DNA of 64,000 nucleotides from Eledone cirrhosa (GCA_964016885.1 OZ024740.1:216876001-216940000); one strand, 5' to 3'; shown: positions 13,365 through 26,604, numbered from the stretch's first letter. Notes: generated by a model not told the origin, from the sequence alone. Program-made: numbers and translations.

Positions 13365-13745
13365 TCTCCTCTCTTTCCCTCTCCCCACCTCTCCCACCTT
13401 CTCATTCTATCCTTATCTCTCTCTCCCCACCTCTCTCTCTCTCTCTCACTCACCTTATCATTCTATCCTTATCTCTCTCTCTCTATTTCTCCCTCTCCCC
13501 ACCTCTCTCTCACCTTCTCATTCCATCGTTATCTCTCTCTCTCTTTCTCCCTCTCCCCACCTCTCTCTCTCTCTCACCTTCTCATTCTATCGTTATCTCT
13601 CTCTCTTTCTCCCTCTCCCCACCTCTCTCTCTCTCTCTCTCACCTTCTCATTCTATCCTTATCTCTCTCTCTTTCTCCCTCTCCCCACCTCTCTCTCTTT
13701 CTCCCTCTCCCCTCTCTCTCTACCACTCCCCCTCTCTCTCTTGTT
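13365..13745. repeat. CT-rich compound repeat
   Basis: Repeated ctccccacctctctctctcaccttctcattctatc units. Confidence 0.85.
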
Positions 13746-14077
13746 TATGTTAGGGACTGTAAACCACCAGTTTCTTCACAGTTAATATCTATGTTTACTA
13801 TAATGTGTGTGTGTGTGAGTATGTATGTGTATGTATACATGTGTGTGTGTATATGTGTGTGTATATATATGTGTGTATATATTTGTGTGTGTATACATGT
13901 GTATATATATATGTGTGTGTGTGTGTGTGTATATGTCTGTATATATGTGTGTGTGTATATGTGTATATATATGTCAGTGTGTGTATGTATGTATATATGT
14001 GTGTGTATATATATATATGTGTGTGTGTGTATGTGTTTATATATGTCTGTGTGTATATATATATGTGTATGTATATA

Positions 14078-14116
<39 letters not shown>

Positions 14117-14147
14117 GTCAGTGTGTGTATATATCTATATGTGTGTG

Positions 14148-14182
<35 letters not shown>

Positions 14183-14251
14183 ATGTATATATATATGTGT
14201 GTGTGTGTATATATATGTGTGTGTGTGTATGTACATGTGTGTGTATGTATG

Positions 14252-14288
<37 letters not shown>

Positions 14289-14399
14289 ATGTATGTACAT
14301 GCAGTTGTCCATTATTAACACCAGTGTGTAATTACTATATCTACATGTCTGTTAGTCACCATTGACAGCACTACCAACAGTTTGACCACAAAACACATT

Positions 14400-16106
14400 G
14401 TTGTTATTGGTCTTGTTGTTGTTGTGGTCCTTGCTGCTGCTGCTGCTTTGATACACTCTAGTTGTCAATATGGCCATTTGGTATTGGTGGTGGTGGTGGT
14501 GGTTGTTGTTGTTCTTGTGATGGTGGTTGTGTTGGTGGCGGTGGTGGTTGTAGTGGTGGTGGTGGTGGTGGTAGTGATGGTTGTGTTGGTGGTGGTGGTT
14601 GTAGTGATGGTGGTTGTTGTGGTGATGGTGGTGGTGGTTGTAGTGATGGTGGTTGTTGTAGTGATGGTGGTTGTTGTGGTGATGGTGGTGGTGGTTGTGT
14701 TGGTGGTGGTGGTTGTAGTGATGGTGATGGTGGTGTTGGTTGTGTTCGTGGTGGTGGTTGTAGTGATGGTGATGGTGGTGTTGGTTGTGGTGGTGGTGGT
14801 GGTTGTAGTGATGGTGATGGTGGTGTTGGTTGTGTTGGTGGTGGTGGTTGTAGTGATGGTGATGGTGGTGTTGGTGGTGGTGGTTGTAGTGATGGTGATG
14901 GTGGTGTTGGTTGTGGTGGTGGTGGTGGTTGTAGTGATGGTGATGGTGGTGGTGGTTGTAGTGATGGTGATGGTGGTGTTGGTTGTGTTGGTGGTGGTGG
15001 TTGTGTTGGTGGTAGTGGTTGTGGTGATGGTGATGGTGGTGATGGTTGTGTTGGTGGTGATGGTGGTTGTGTTGGTGGTGGTGGTTGTAGTGGTGGTGGT
15101 GGTGGTTGTGGTGGTGGTGTTGGTGGTGATGGTTGTGTTGGTTGTTGTGGTGATGGTGGTGGTGGTTGTGTTGGTGGTGGTGGTTGTAGTTGTGGTGTTG
15201 GTTGTGTTGGTGGTGGTGATGGTGTTGGTTGTGTTGGTGGTGGTTGTAGTGATGGTGGTGGTGGTTATTGTTGTTGTGGTGGTGATGGTGGTGGTTGTGG
15301 TAGTTGTTGTGATGGTGGTAGTTGTATTGGTGCTGGTGGTAGTTGTGTTGGTGCTGGTGGTAGTGGTGGTGGTAGTGGGAGTTGTTGTGATGTAAGGGGT
15401 TGTGTTATGATTGTAGTAGTTTGTGATGGTGGAGGTGGTTGTGTTGCAGTGTTAGTGGTAGAAAACACTACTACCACCACTAATACTACCACTACTACTA
15501 CCTCTACTACTATTGCTAGTACCACCACCACTACTACTACTACCATCACTACTACTACTACTTCTACCACTACAACCTCCACCACTACCACTCCTACCTC
15601 CACCAACACCACCACCACCACTACTACAACAACTACCACCACTACTACCACCACAACTGCTACTACCACTACTACTACAACCTCCACCACTACTACTACT
15701 ACCACTACTACCACTACTGCTACCACCACAACTGCTACTACCACTACTACTACTATCACCACCACCACCACTACTACTACTACCACTATATCTACCACCA
15801 CCACCACCACCACCACTACTACTACTACCACTACTACTACTACCACTACTGCTACCACCACAACTGCTACTACCACTACTACTACCACCACCACCACCAC
15901 CACCACTACTACTACTACCACTATATCTACCACCACCACCACCACTACTACTACTACCACTATATCTACCACCACCATCACCACTACTACTACTACTACT
16001 ACTACCACTATACCTACCACCACCACCACCACCACCACTACTACTACCACCACCACCACTATTACCACCACCACCACCACCACTATTACTACTACTATTA
16101 CTATTT
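14400..16106. repeat. (GGT/GAT/GTT)n tract abutting an (ACC/ACT)n tract
   Basis: Trinucleotide low complexity; strand polarity switches near 15463. Confidence 0.95.
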
Positions 16107-16790
16107 AGTGATGTAGAAAAGGTGAGGCTTTACTGTATTGGTGGAAGGAATGTTATTGCCACACTCACACAAACAAACACACACATAAATATATAATCAA
16201 TATTGTGTATCTGGCCATAATTGTCTCTGTGTGTCTGTACATGTGTGTGTCTCTGTGTGTGTATATGCATGCCTATGTGTGTATGTGTGTGTCTGTACGT
16301 GCCTGTGTGTGTAAGTGTGTGTCTGTGTACATGCCTGTGGGTGTATGTGTGTGTCTGTGTACATGCCTGTATGTGTATGTGTGTGAGTATATTTTTGTTT
16401 TCAATGACCACTACACTGCATTAAATACTTTATTTCTCCTAGTTTAATCCATTGCCAACAACAACCACATCATCAGCATCACTACCGACATCATCATCAT
16501 TAGCACTACTGACATCTTCATTATCATTGTCACCATCTTTGTGTTTGTTGCTGCTATTTTCATCATTGTCACCAGTATGACATCTTCATCATCATCACCA
16601 CTACTGATATCATCATCATCATCATTGTCACCATTACCCCCCCCCCCCTCTCAATTCTACCATGATGAAATAAATAACACCCACAGTTACACTGCTACAA
16701 TCATCACCATTAAATATATATATATATATATATATATACAATACAAGAGAGAGAGAGACATTGCAATACAACAGGAGGAAACATAATAGA

Positions 16791-16832
16791 ACTACTGATG
16801 ATGTCATAGGTGTGTGATGAAAGAACTTTGGT
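16791..16832 (+). ncRNA. Type I hammerhead ribozyme
   Basis: ACUA CUGAUGA U GUCAU AGGUGU GUGAU GAAA GAAC UU UGGU. Confidence 0.6.
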
Positions 16833-17004
16833 AGACTATATATATATATTTATATCTGTATTTTTAACCGTTGGTCAATCAACGATAAACATTGATTGCC
16901 AGATAAATTAGCTATAGGGATATAAAAGATACAGAAGTAAAAACCAATCCAAACCAAACAGTGTGTTTTATTATTATTTCTGGCAATATTATAACAATAT
17001 TTTC

Positions 17005-18430
17005 TATTCTAGAGCGGGTAAAATTCCCGAGATCCATGGACGAGTTCTCTCCAGCGGTCTCTGTCCCTCATTATCGCTGCCATGTCCTGCGTCTCCAACA
17101 GACCAGTGTCTGTCCTTAGGGCATCAACATACGTTAACCTAGGTCTTCCTCTTCCAGTGTGTCTATGTAGGGGCTCCCGCAGAAGCACTGAGTGCAGTGT
17201 CAACTCTGGATGTCGGTGAGCATGTCCAGCTAACCTCAGTCTCCTCTGTGTCACTTTTGAGCTGACTTTAGGGAGGCTCCCATACAGCTCTGAGTTTTTC
17301 ATCCTCAGTGTATACTGATTAGTGTTCAGAGCCATCCTCAGCATTCTCTTGTAGCACCCATCCACGATCTGAGTGAGTTTCTTGGTCAGTGTCCAAGTCT
17401 CAGACCCCTACAGCAGCACAGACTCCACTACAGCAATGAAGAGGCGGATTTTCAGGTCTTTACGAAGGTCCGACTTCCACGCCGATCTCAAGCAAGCTGT
17501 TGCACGCCGCCCAGGCTTTGCTCTTCCTCTCAACCACGTCATCTTCCGTATTCCCAATCTTTGCTCCCAAATACAGGAAGTCCTCAACCAATTCTAGCGG
17601 CTTCCCGCCTATATTAGTGATCCCCTCTGGCTTCTCAACATTCTCTACCAGATATTTTGTTTTAGTCTCATTCATTCTCAGCCCCACACTCATCGACACA
17701 GTTCCAACCTCCTGCATCAAATCCTCTGCCTCATTCACTGTATTTGTCACCAAAACTATGTCGTCGGCAAATTCAGCATCTGATATCTTTTTCGCCTTGA
17801 CTCTCCTGCTCTGAGCCAGTGTTACAGTAAAGCCAGAGTTCTGGTGTTTCTCCAGTGCAAGGTGCATACACTAGTCCACTACGATGATAAAAAGGTAGGG
17901 AGCCAATGTATCTCCCTGGAGTACTCCAGCCAGTATCTCAAAGAACTCTGTCACCCCATCAGGTGTAATGACTTGGGCTTTGGTGTTGGTGTAGGGCAGT
18001 GATATCAGGTCCACTATCCTCTTGGGGATTCCATAAGCCTGTAAGATCTTCATCAGGCAGTGACGGTCCACAGAATCAAAGGCCTTCCTAAAGTCAATGA
18101 AAACCATGACCACAGGAAGGCACTTTGCCCTAGCTCCCTCTAATATCCTCCTCAGCATCAGAATGTGACTGGTGGTTGATCTTCCCTCTCTGAAGCCGTT
18201 CTGGTTGTCCCTGAGCTTCTTCTCCATCTCAGGCTGGATCCTGTTAAAAATCATCCAGTTGAGGGTCTTTTCCACACGTGACGTCAGTGAGATCCCCCTG
18301 TAGTTATTCGTGTTAGAGAGATCTCCCTTCTTTGGCACTGGGACGATGTTACTGATCCTCCACTGATTCGGGGCAACTCCTTTCTCCAGTGCCTGGTTAC
18401 AGAACCCCAGGATGATATCATCAAAATCAC
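17005..18430 (-). mobile_element. RTE LINE family B reverse transcriptase, disrupted and 5'-truncated
   Basis: PKKGDLSNTNNYRGISL, QNGFREGRST, FIDFRKAFDSV, GVLQGDTLAPYLF, EFADD, FLYLG; stops and frameshifts. Confidence 0.95.
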
Positions 18431-18870
18431 ACCTCTATAGCAATATGAACCTCCCTAAATATAACAATATTTGTTTCAACAGACGATTTCATGTCAAAAA
18501 CCTTACAAAACAAATATATATATGAGAGTATTGAAGTTTGCTTGAAGCATTGTGGAATAATAAGGTAAATTTCTTGAAGTCGTTTGGAAGTCTCGACAAT
18601 GCAGATGGGTAAATCTCCGGGTAACAAGATCCGGTGGTGGAGAGAGAGATGTAAGTGGGTGTACGTTAAGATGCGTGGCGTGTAGAAGAATGTAGGAAAG
18701 AGCGTAAAGGATAAAAATAAAAATAATTGTTTCTACGTTAGGCACAAGGCATTAAATAAAAATAATAATACGAGATAGAGTTACCTTGGGAGCGATTTAA
18801 TTGTCCCTATATATTTTGGATTAACACTCATCAACTGGGGGTTTTTTCCGGGGGGCGGGAGGAAAGGTTA
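18430..18870 (-). mobile_element. PLE-like LTR copy, same family as the 51798 palindrome
   Basis: Shares gtttgcttgaagcattgtggaataata, aatgcagatgggtaaatctcc and catcaactggggg; degenerate HHR at 18805-18840. Confidence 0.6.
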
Positions 18871-18882
18871 TATATATATATA

Positions 18883-19033
18883 TATGAGGGTCAACTGAAA
18901 AGTTCATAGGCTGGCCAGGATACTCTTATGGAATGACTGAATGTGGTTTATTTTTCAATATAGTCCCTTGAAATTAATGCATGCAAGATTCCACAGCCTT
19001 AGCATCAATCCTTCATAGTCAGCCTGTGAACTT
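18883..19033. mobile_element. mariner-type MITE, internally deleted
   Basis: tatgagggtcaactgaaaagttcataggct...agcctgtgaactt. Confidence 0.75.
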
Positions 19034-19039
19034 ATATAT

Positions 19040-19292
19040 AATGAAGGAAGTATGGTAAAGAATTGGGTGGACCAGAGTACTCGATACTTAGGGTAGTATA
19101 ATGGGTAATAGGAAAAGAGTCAGTTCTGAACTCCATAAAATTAGCTGTCAAAACAGCCAGAGCTGTTGGTTCACCACTGGTCATTCCGTATGGTCAACCA
19201 CGGTGTAATATTAGGGAGAGCAAGTTCTGAACTCCATAAAATTAGCTGTCAAAACAGCCAGAGCTCAGCCGTCGGGATAATGACTCTTTTCC

Positions 19293-19295
<3 letters not shown>
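19040..19295. mobile_element. Rearranged copy of the 27266 HHR-half family (tail on minus, body on plus)
   Basis: ataggaaaagagtca / tgactcttttcctat inverted pair; gagctcagccgtcgg; internal duplications. Confidence 0.55.
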
Positions 19296-19323
<28 letters not shown>

Positions 19324-19504
19324 TTAGATTTTTTGAATCACCACTGGTCATTCCGTATGGTCAACCACGGTGTAATATTAGGGAGAGCACTCGACGTAAT
19401 GCAACTCACCCATCTTCGTTTGTGTTGTTGGTGGTGCGAGTACGGAGTTAATTATTATAAAATAACAGGAGGCTGGACTGGTGTAATTCGCTAAAAGGTT
19501 TATT

Positions 19505-19562
19505 ATACTATGATCATTACAGTGACCGGGTTAAGTATGAATCCAGTGACATCATCAGGTAT
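19505..19562 (-). ncRNA. Degenerate hammerhead (GAAA mutated to GUAA)
   Basis: AUAC CUGAUGA U GUCACUGG..CCGGUCAC U GUAA UGAUCA UA GUAU. Confidence 0.55.
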
Positions 19563-19692
19563 TCGAAATTTAACAAAGGAATATAATAGACTAAGTCCAT
19601 GGGGCTTAAAAGCATATATATATATATATATATATATGTATATGTATATATATATACATGTATATATATATACATGTATATGTATATATATG

Positions 19693-19738
<46 letters not shown>

Positions 19739-19750
19739 CATGTATATGTA

Positions 19751-19781
<31 letters not shown>

Positions 19782-19971
19782 ATATATGTATATATGTATA
19801 TATATATATATATATACATATATATACATATATACATATATATATACATATATTTTAATATAACCTAATGTTTGTTGAGTGAGATTGTTACCAGTCAGAG
19901 TTTAGCTTTAAACTATCTCTGTTATTGTATTAAATATATATGTATATATATATATCTATATATATATGTAT

Positions 19972-20319
19972 ATCATCATCATCATTTTATCATCATCATT
20001 TTATGTCCGCTTTTCCCTGCTTGCAAGGGTGAGACGGGAACTGATTCTGGCTTGATTTCTACAGCTGGATGCCCTTCCTAACACCAACCTCATTTACAGT
20101 GAGTGCTGGGTGCTTTTTTGCTGTGGCACCTCCATGACCACTTTCCAGTGGAATGATATGGACCCCTGTCCCTATCATCTCATTTCTACAGCTGAGTAAA
20201 CTGGAGCAATGTGAAATAAAGTGCCTTGCTCAAGGAAACAACACATCACCTGGTCTGAGAATTGAACTCACAACCTTTCGATTGCAAGGCCAATGCTCTA
20301 ACCACTAAGCCATATGCCT

Positions 20320-20321
<2 letters not shown>
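19972..20321 (-). mobile_element. tRNA-derived SINE family 2 (V-domain-like core, RTE-derived tail)
   Basis: A box tggcttagtgg, B box gagttcaattc, core tccttgagcaagacacttt, tail shared with RTE A. Confidence 0.9.
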
Positions 20322-20373
<52 letters not shown>

Positions 20374-20492
20374 GTATATGTATGTATATGTATGTATATG
20401 TATATATATATACATATATGTATATATATGTATATATATGTATATGTATATATATATACGTATATATATATATATATATATATATATACGTA

Positions 20493-20549
<57 letters not shown>

Positions 20550-20580
20550 GTATATATGTATATATATATATATATACGTA

Positions 20581-20614
<34 letters not shown>

Positions 20615-20683
20615 CGTATATATGTATATATATATATATGTATATGAAATATAAGAATCAAAGAACTGTTCAAAACATTATTG

Positions 20684-20730
20684 TGCTTACAGCTGTTTCC
20701 TCCAAACCGAGGTTTGGATTCTTCGGAGCA
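20684..20730 (-). ncRNA. Hammerhead ribozyme (U4C core)
   Basis: Inverted copy of 21834-21880. Confidence 0.65.
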
Positions 20731-21833
20731 ATTTATTAATGCATGGACAGTTATATGACCTCCTTTTCAGCCGAGAGACATACCAACACATATTCAAACA
20801 TTGATACATATTCAAACATTGTGGGTCAACATTCATTACAGAATTTAGAGTGGCAGTACACACTTCGAGATTACATTTATATTAATAGGTACAATCAAAA
20901 ATCAAAGATATAGGTTAAAGTACAACATGAAGATAAGTGGTTATATAGTGCAAATGTTATATGTGTGGCACGCATGTGCGTCTTGTTTATATAGTGTGGC
21001 AGAGAGATATGTGTGGTAGAGGCACTTAGGTAGGTAAATAAGAGATCGTAGTTAAACTACTCTATAGTTAGTACACTTTATGCTTTAAAAGTCTCTCTTG
21101 GAAGGTGCACCTCACCATAGAATTTAGGGTCTATACTGGGACACATTTTAATGGCTAGATATAGAAACCCCAGAGTCACCTCCCCGCATGCATTAACTCC
21201 CCTTAGCCACACACACACTTCCGGTATTCAATGGCGTTTCTCGAAACGTAACAACCTCCTGTATCGAACTAAAGAACACCAGACTACGATCTCTAACTGG
21301 ATTGTCGTGGATTATGTGAAAGGCATATAATCGAAATATACACTCCCTTGACCATGAAAATGCCGAAGTACATGAATTACTTGACATCCCTGCGCTGTGC
21401 ATCTCCAATACTTATAACACTTTTAATGCTTGCACTATCTTTAATGCTTATAATATTTCTCCACACACAGACTATATCAATCATATAAAGACTTTGCCAC
21501 CAGATCTACCAACCTAACACTCTTATTTACCTACCTAAGTGCCTCTACCACACATATCTCTCTGCCACACTATATAAACAAGACGCACATGCGTGCCACA
21601 CATATAACATTTGCACTATATAACCACTTATCTTCATGTTGTACTTTAACCTATATCTTTGATTTTTGATTGTACCTATTAATATAAATGTAATCTCGAA
21701 GTGTGTACTGCCACTCTAAATTCTGTAATGAATGTTGACCCACAATGTTTGAATATGTATCAATGTTTGAATATGTGTTGGTATGTCTCTCGGCTGAAAA
21801 GAAGGTCATATAACTGTCCATGCATTAATAAAT

Positions 21834-21880
21834 TGCTCCGAAGAATCCAAACCTCGGTTTGGAGGAAACAGCTGTAAGCA
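21834..21880 (+). ncRNA. Hammerhead ribozyme (U4C core)
   Basis: UGCU CCGAAGA A UCCAAAC CUCG GUUUGGA G GAAA CAGCUG UA AGCA. Confidence 0.65.
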
Positions 21881-22081
21881 CAATAATGTTTTGAACAGTT
21901 CTTTGATTCTTATATTTCATATAACTGCTCTGTAAATCATCTGATGTTTTTACATTGAGCTACTTAACTTACTGGTAATAAGGTAGTAATACATTACTGC
22001 CTACCACTATTTAGGGTGTGTGTAAAATACTTACAACTGCTTAAGGTTTTGTGTTTACATAACCATAAATAGTATAACTAA

Positions 22082-22125
<44 letters not shown>

Positions 22126-22214
22126 GTATATATGTATATATATATATATATGTATGTATATATATATATACGTATATATATATATATATATATATATGAA
22201 TGTATATATATATG

Positions 22215-22260
<46 letters not shown>

Positions 22261-22261
22261 C

Positions 22262-22314
<53 letters not shown>

Positions 22315-22328
22315 TGTATATATATATG

Positions 22329-22364
<36 letters not shown>

Positions 22365-22507
22365 TATATACTAGAAAGTGAGGTTTTTTTTACAAAATGA
22401 AAAATAACCGAGGTGTCCTACACGAGTGGAAGTATAAAGAAAAAGGGATGAAATCGAAAATGCAACTGAAGTCTTATTTTTTTAAAAATATATATATTTA
22501 TTTGGTT

Positions 22508-22545
22508 CCTTTACCGATTTCGCAGTTCTTCTGCTTTTCAAAAGG
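22508..22545 (-). ncRNA. Hammerhead ribozyme (U3-A8 variant)
   Basis: Inverted copy of 23244-23281 with helix III UCGG. Confidence 0.65.
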
Positions 22546-23243
22546 TGAGTTGAGATGGAGGGTCTGTGGTTTTTCTCACATCTGGTTGGTCTCTAAATGT
22601 TACTTGTTTTATATGGAAAAACTGGCTCGAAAACCAGGTTTTTCGAGAAGTAATTTGATTGGTTTGTCAATAATTATAATAAATTTCGCGCCAGTTCGCG
22701 TTACAATAGTTCTTCAAATAAGAGAGGGGGGGGGGGGTTGTCATAGGTTGTTTTTTCATATATGAGTGTTTGAATTTCTTTTTACTTGAAAAAATGAGGC
22801 TCACGAAGGCTTTTTTTTGGTTGGTTATAAATGAAATTTGGCTGTCACGTGAACAAGTTTTCATTACATTTTTGCGCCCTTATTTGGACTACAGAATAGT
22901 TTTCCAAATAAGGGCGCAAAAATGTAATGAAAACTTGTTCACGTGACAGCCAAATTTCATTTATAACCAACCAAAAAAAAGCCTTCGTGAGCCTCATTTT
23001 TTCAAGTAAATAGAAATTCAAACACTCGTATATGAAAAAACAACCTGTGACAAACCCCCCCCCCCCCCTCTCTTATTTGAAGAACTATTGTAACGCGAAC
23101 TGGCGCGAAATTTATTATAATTATTGACAAACCAATTACTTCTCGAAAAACCTGGTTTTCGAGCCAGTTTTTCCATATAAAACAAGTAACATTTAGAGAC
23201 CAACCAGATGTGAGAAAAACCACAGACCCTCCATCTCAACTCA

Positions 23244-23281
23244 CCTTTTGAAAAGCAGAAGAACTGCGAAACCGGTAAAGG
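23244..23281 (+). ncRNA. Hammerhead ribozyme (U3-A8 variant)
   Basis: CCUU UUGAAAA GCAG AAGAA CUGC GAAA CCGG UA AAGG; all three helices pair perfectly. Confidence 0.75.
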
Positions 23282-23460
23282 AACCAAATAAATATATATA
23301 TTTTTAAAAAAATAAGACTTCAGTTGCATTTTCGATTTCATCCCTTTTTCTTTATATATATATATATATATATATATGAATGTACATATGTATATATCTG
23401 TATATATATATATATATATATGAATTTGCATATATATGTATATATATATATATATATATA

Positions 23461-24200
23461 TCATCATCATCATCATCATCATCAACGTTTAACGTCCGTG
23501 TTCCACGCTTGCATGGGTTTGGACGGGGGTAGTCCCACTTGAGGCAAGAGTGATTGTCTTGCTCGCATAGGACTGTCTGGCAGGTTTTCTACAGCTGGAT
23601 GCCCTTCCTAACACCAACCACATTTACAGTGTGGGTCTGGGAGGTTTTTACCGTGTTGCCTACACGACCACATTACAGCGTGGACTGTGTGTTTTTTTGT
23701 CGTGACACCTACACGATCTCATTTGTTTCGGCCTGGATGGCGTGGCACCGACATAACTTTACATAGAAGGGGTGGGGGGGGGTGTATTTTGTTAGAGATG
23801 CCTACTGGCTGTAGTAGGTTTTACTATGTATTTAGGTAAGGCGGGTCTTCTCTGTTACTGAGTACCGCCAAAGGTCTCGGTCCAGTGACATTGTCTTGGA
23901 GAGGTGTAAGTGTGTGAGGTCGGAGTTTATCAGCTCGTCCCAGGTTTTTCTAGGTCTGCCTATTCCGTGGCTACCGTCTATCATTATTGCCCTGCACTTT
24001 GTTATACAGCTATCGACTTTCATGCGCATCACGTGTCCATACCAACGTAGCCTTCTCTCGAGTAAACAACATCTGATCCCTCTTATCTCTAATTTTTTCC
24101 TTAGTTCGTTTATGCTTTGCCGTTCACGTATATTACTGTTACACATCCAGCGGAGCATGCAAGCTTCGTTCCTCTCTAGTCTGCGTATATCCTCTGCACA

Positions 24201-24202
<2 letters not shown>
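23461..24202 (-). mobile_element. RTE family A 3' end
   Basis: [20 protein letters not shown]...[11 protein letters not shown]...GRPRKTW; 3' UTR and tail. Confidence 0.9.
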
Positions 24203-24273
<71 letters not shown>

Positions 24274-24308
24274 TATATACATATACATATATATATACAT
24301 ATATATAC

Positions 24309-24355
<47 letters not shown>

Positions 24356-24562
24356 CATACATATATATATACATTCATATATATATACATATATATATAC
24401 ATATATATATATACATATATATACACATATATATACATATATATATACATATATATATATACATATATATACACATATATATATATATATATACGCATAT
24501 ATATATATATATACATACATATATATATATATATATATACACATACATATATATATATACAC

Positions 24563-24611
<49 letters not shown>

Positions 24612-24684
24612 TACATATACACATATATATATATATATATATACATATATATACATATATATATATACACACATATATATATAC

Positions 24685-24717
<33 letters not shown>

Positions 24718-24987
24718 CATATATATACATATATACTTATATATATATATATATATTATATATATATATATATATATACATATATATGCAAATTCATATA
24801 TATATATATATACATATATATACATACATATACATATATATACATATACATATATATATCTATATATATACATATATATATACATATATATACATATATA
24901 TACATATACATATATATATACATATATATACATATATAGATATACATATATATATATACATATATGTATGTATATATATATATATAT

Positions 24988-25026
24988 GGAGGCATATGGC
25001 TTACTGGTTAGAGCATTGGCCTTGCA
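24988..25026 (+). mobile_element. SINE family 2, 5' stub
   Basis: ggaggcatatggcttactggttagagcattggccttgca within (TA)n. Confidence 0.7.
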
Positions 25027-25068
25027 TATATATATATATATATATATAAGTATATATGTATATATATG

Positions 25069-25117
<49 letters not shown>

Positions 25118-25160
25118 GTATATATATATGTATATATATGTATATATGTATATATATATG

Positions 25161-25191
<31 letters not shown>

Positions 25192-25196
25192 GTATA

Positions 25197-25244
<48 letters not shown>

Positions 25245-25261
25245 TTATATATATATATATG

Positions 25262-25324
<63 letters not shown>

Positions 25325-25340
25325 GTATGTATGTATATAT

Positions 25341-25393
<53 letters not shown>

Positions 25394-25413
25394 GTATTAT
25401 ATATATATGTATG

Positions 25414-25476
<63 letters not shown>

Positions 25477-25746
25477 ATATTTTTATGTATATATATGTAT
25501 ATACATATGTATATATGTATATATATGTATATATGTATATATATATGTATATATATGTATATATATGTATATATATATGTATATATATGTATATATATGT
25601 ATATATATGTATATATATGTATATATATGTATATATATATGTATGTATATATTATATGTATATATATATTATATATATATATGTCTATATATATTATATA
25701 TATGTTATATATATATTATATATATATGTATGTATATATATATGTA

Positions 25747-26436
25747 TACGTGAACGGCAAAGCATAAACGAACTAAGGAAAAAATTAGAAATAAGAGGGA
25801 TCAGATGTTGTTTACTCGAGAGAAGGCTACGTTGGTATGGACACGTGATGCGCATGAAAGTCGATAGCTGTATAACAAAGTGCAGGGCTATAAAGATAGA
25901 CGGTAGCCACGGAATAGGCAGACCTAGAAAAACCTGGGACGAGCTGATAAACTCCGACCTCACACACTTACACCTCTCCAAGACAATGTCACTGGACCGA
26001 GACCTTTGGCGGTACTCAGTAACAGAGAAGACCCGCCTTACCTAAATACATAGTAAAACCTACTACAGCCAGTAGGCATCTCTAATAAAATACACCCCGT
26101 CCCACCACCACCACCTCCACCCTATCGACACCACCCGGTTCTATGTAAAGTTATGTTGGTGCCGCGCCATCCAGGCCGAAACAAATGAGATCGTGTAGGT
26201 GTCACGACAAAAAAACACACAGTCCACGCTGTAATGTGGCCGTGTAGGCAACACGGTAAAAACCTCCCAGACCCACACTGTAAATGTGGTTGGTGTTAGG
26301 AAGGGCATCCAACTGTAGAAAACCTGCCAGACAGTCCTATGCGAGCAAGACAATCACTCTTGCCTCAAGTGGGACTACCCCCGTCCAAACCCATGCAAGC
26401 GTGGAACACGGACGTTAAACGTTGATGATGATGATG
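25747..26436 (+). mobile_element. RTE family A 3' end, near-identical inverted partner of 23461-24202
   Basis: [17 protein letters not shown]...[10 protein letters not shown]...; shares diagnostic bases with its partner. Confidence 0.9.
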
Positions 26437-26604
26437 TATATATGTATGTGTATATATATATATGTATATCTATATATATGTATATATATGTATATATATA
26501 TATGTATATATATGTATATATATATGTATATATATGTATATATATATGTATATATATGTATATATATGTATATATATATATATGTATATATATATGTATA
26601 TATA

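Larger units (their letters stand above)
20641..22085. mobile_element. Penelope-like element remnant with ~404-bp inverted pseudo-LTRs (20641-21044 / 21520-21923) and a 3' tail
   Basis: Arms nearly identical; HHR in each arm; spacer encodes GIY-YIG-like SKRNNLLYRTKEHQ and HSLDHENAEV; flanked by (TA)n. Confidence 0.75.
22370..23356. mobile_element. Palindromic HHR element, ~455-bp arms (22433-22888 / 22903-23356)
   Basis: Near-perfect inverted repeat, 14-bp spacer, extra tail 22370-22432, within (TA)n. Confidence 0.85.

Noticed and set aside
14382-16196. Poly-Val, Gly/Cys and poly-Thr mucin-like ORFs
   Set aside because: Trinucleotide repeat open in several frames on both strands; no unique coding flank or splice support
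22370-23356. Helitron or foldback DNA transposon interpretation of the palindromes
   Set aside because: No Helitron hairpin, the arms are asymmetric, and oriented hammerheads in both arms fit a retroelement origin better
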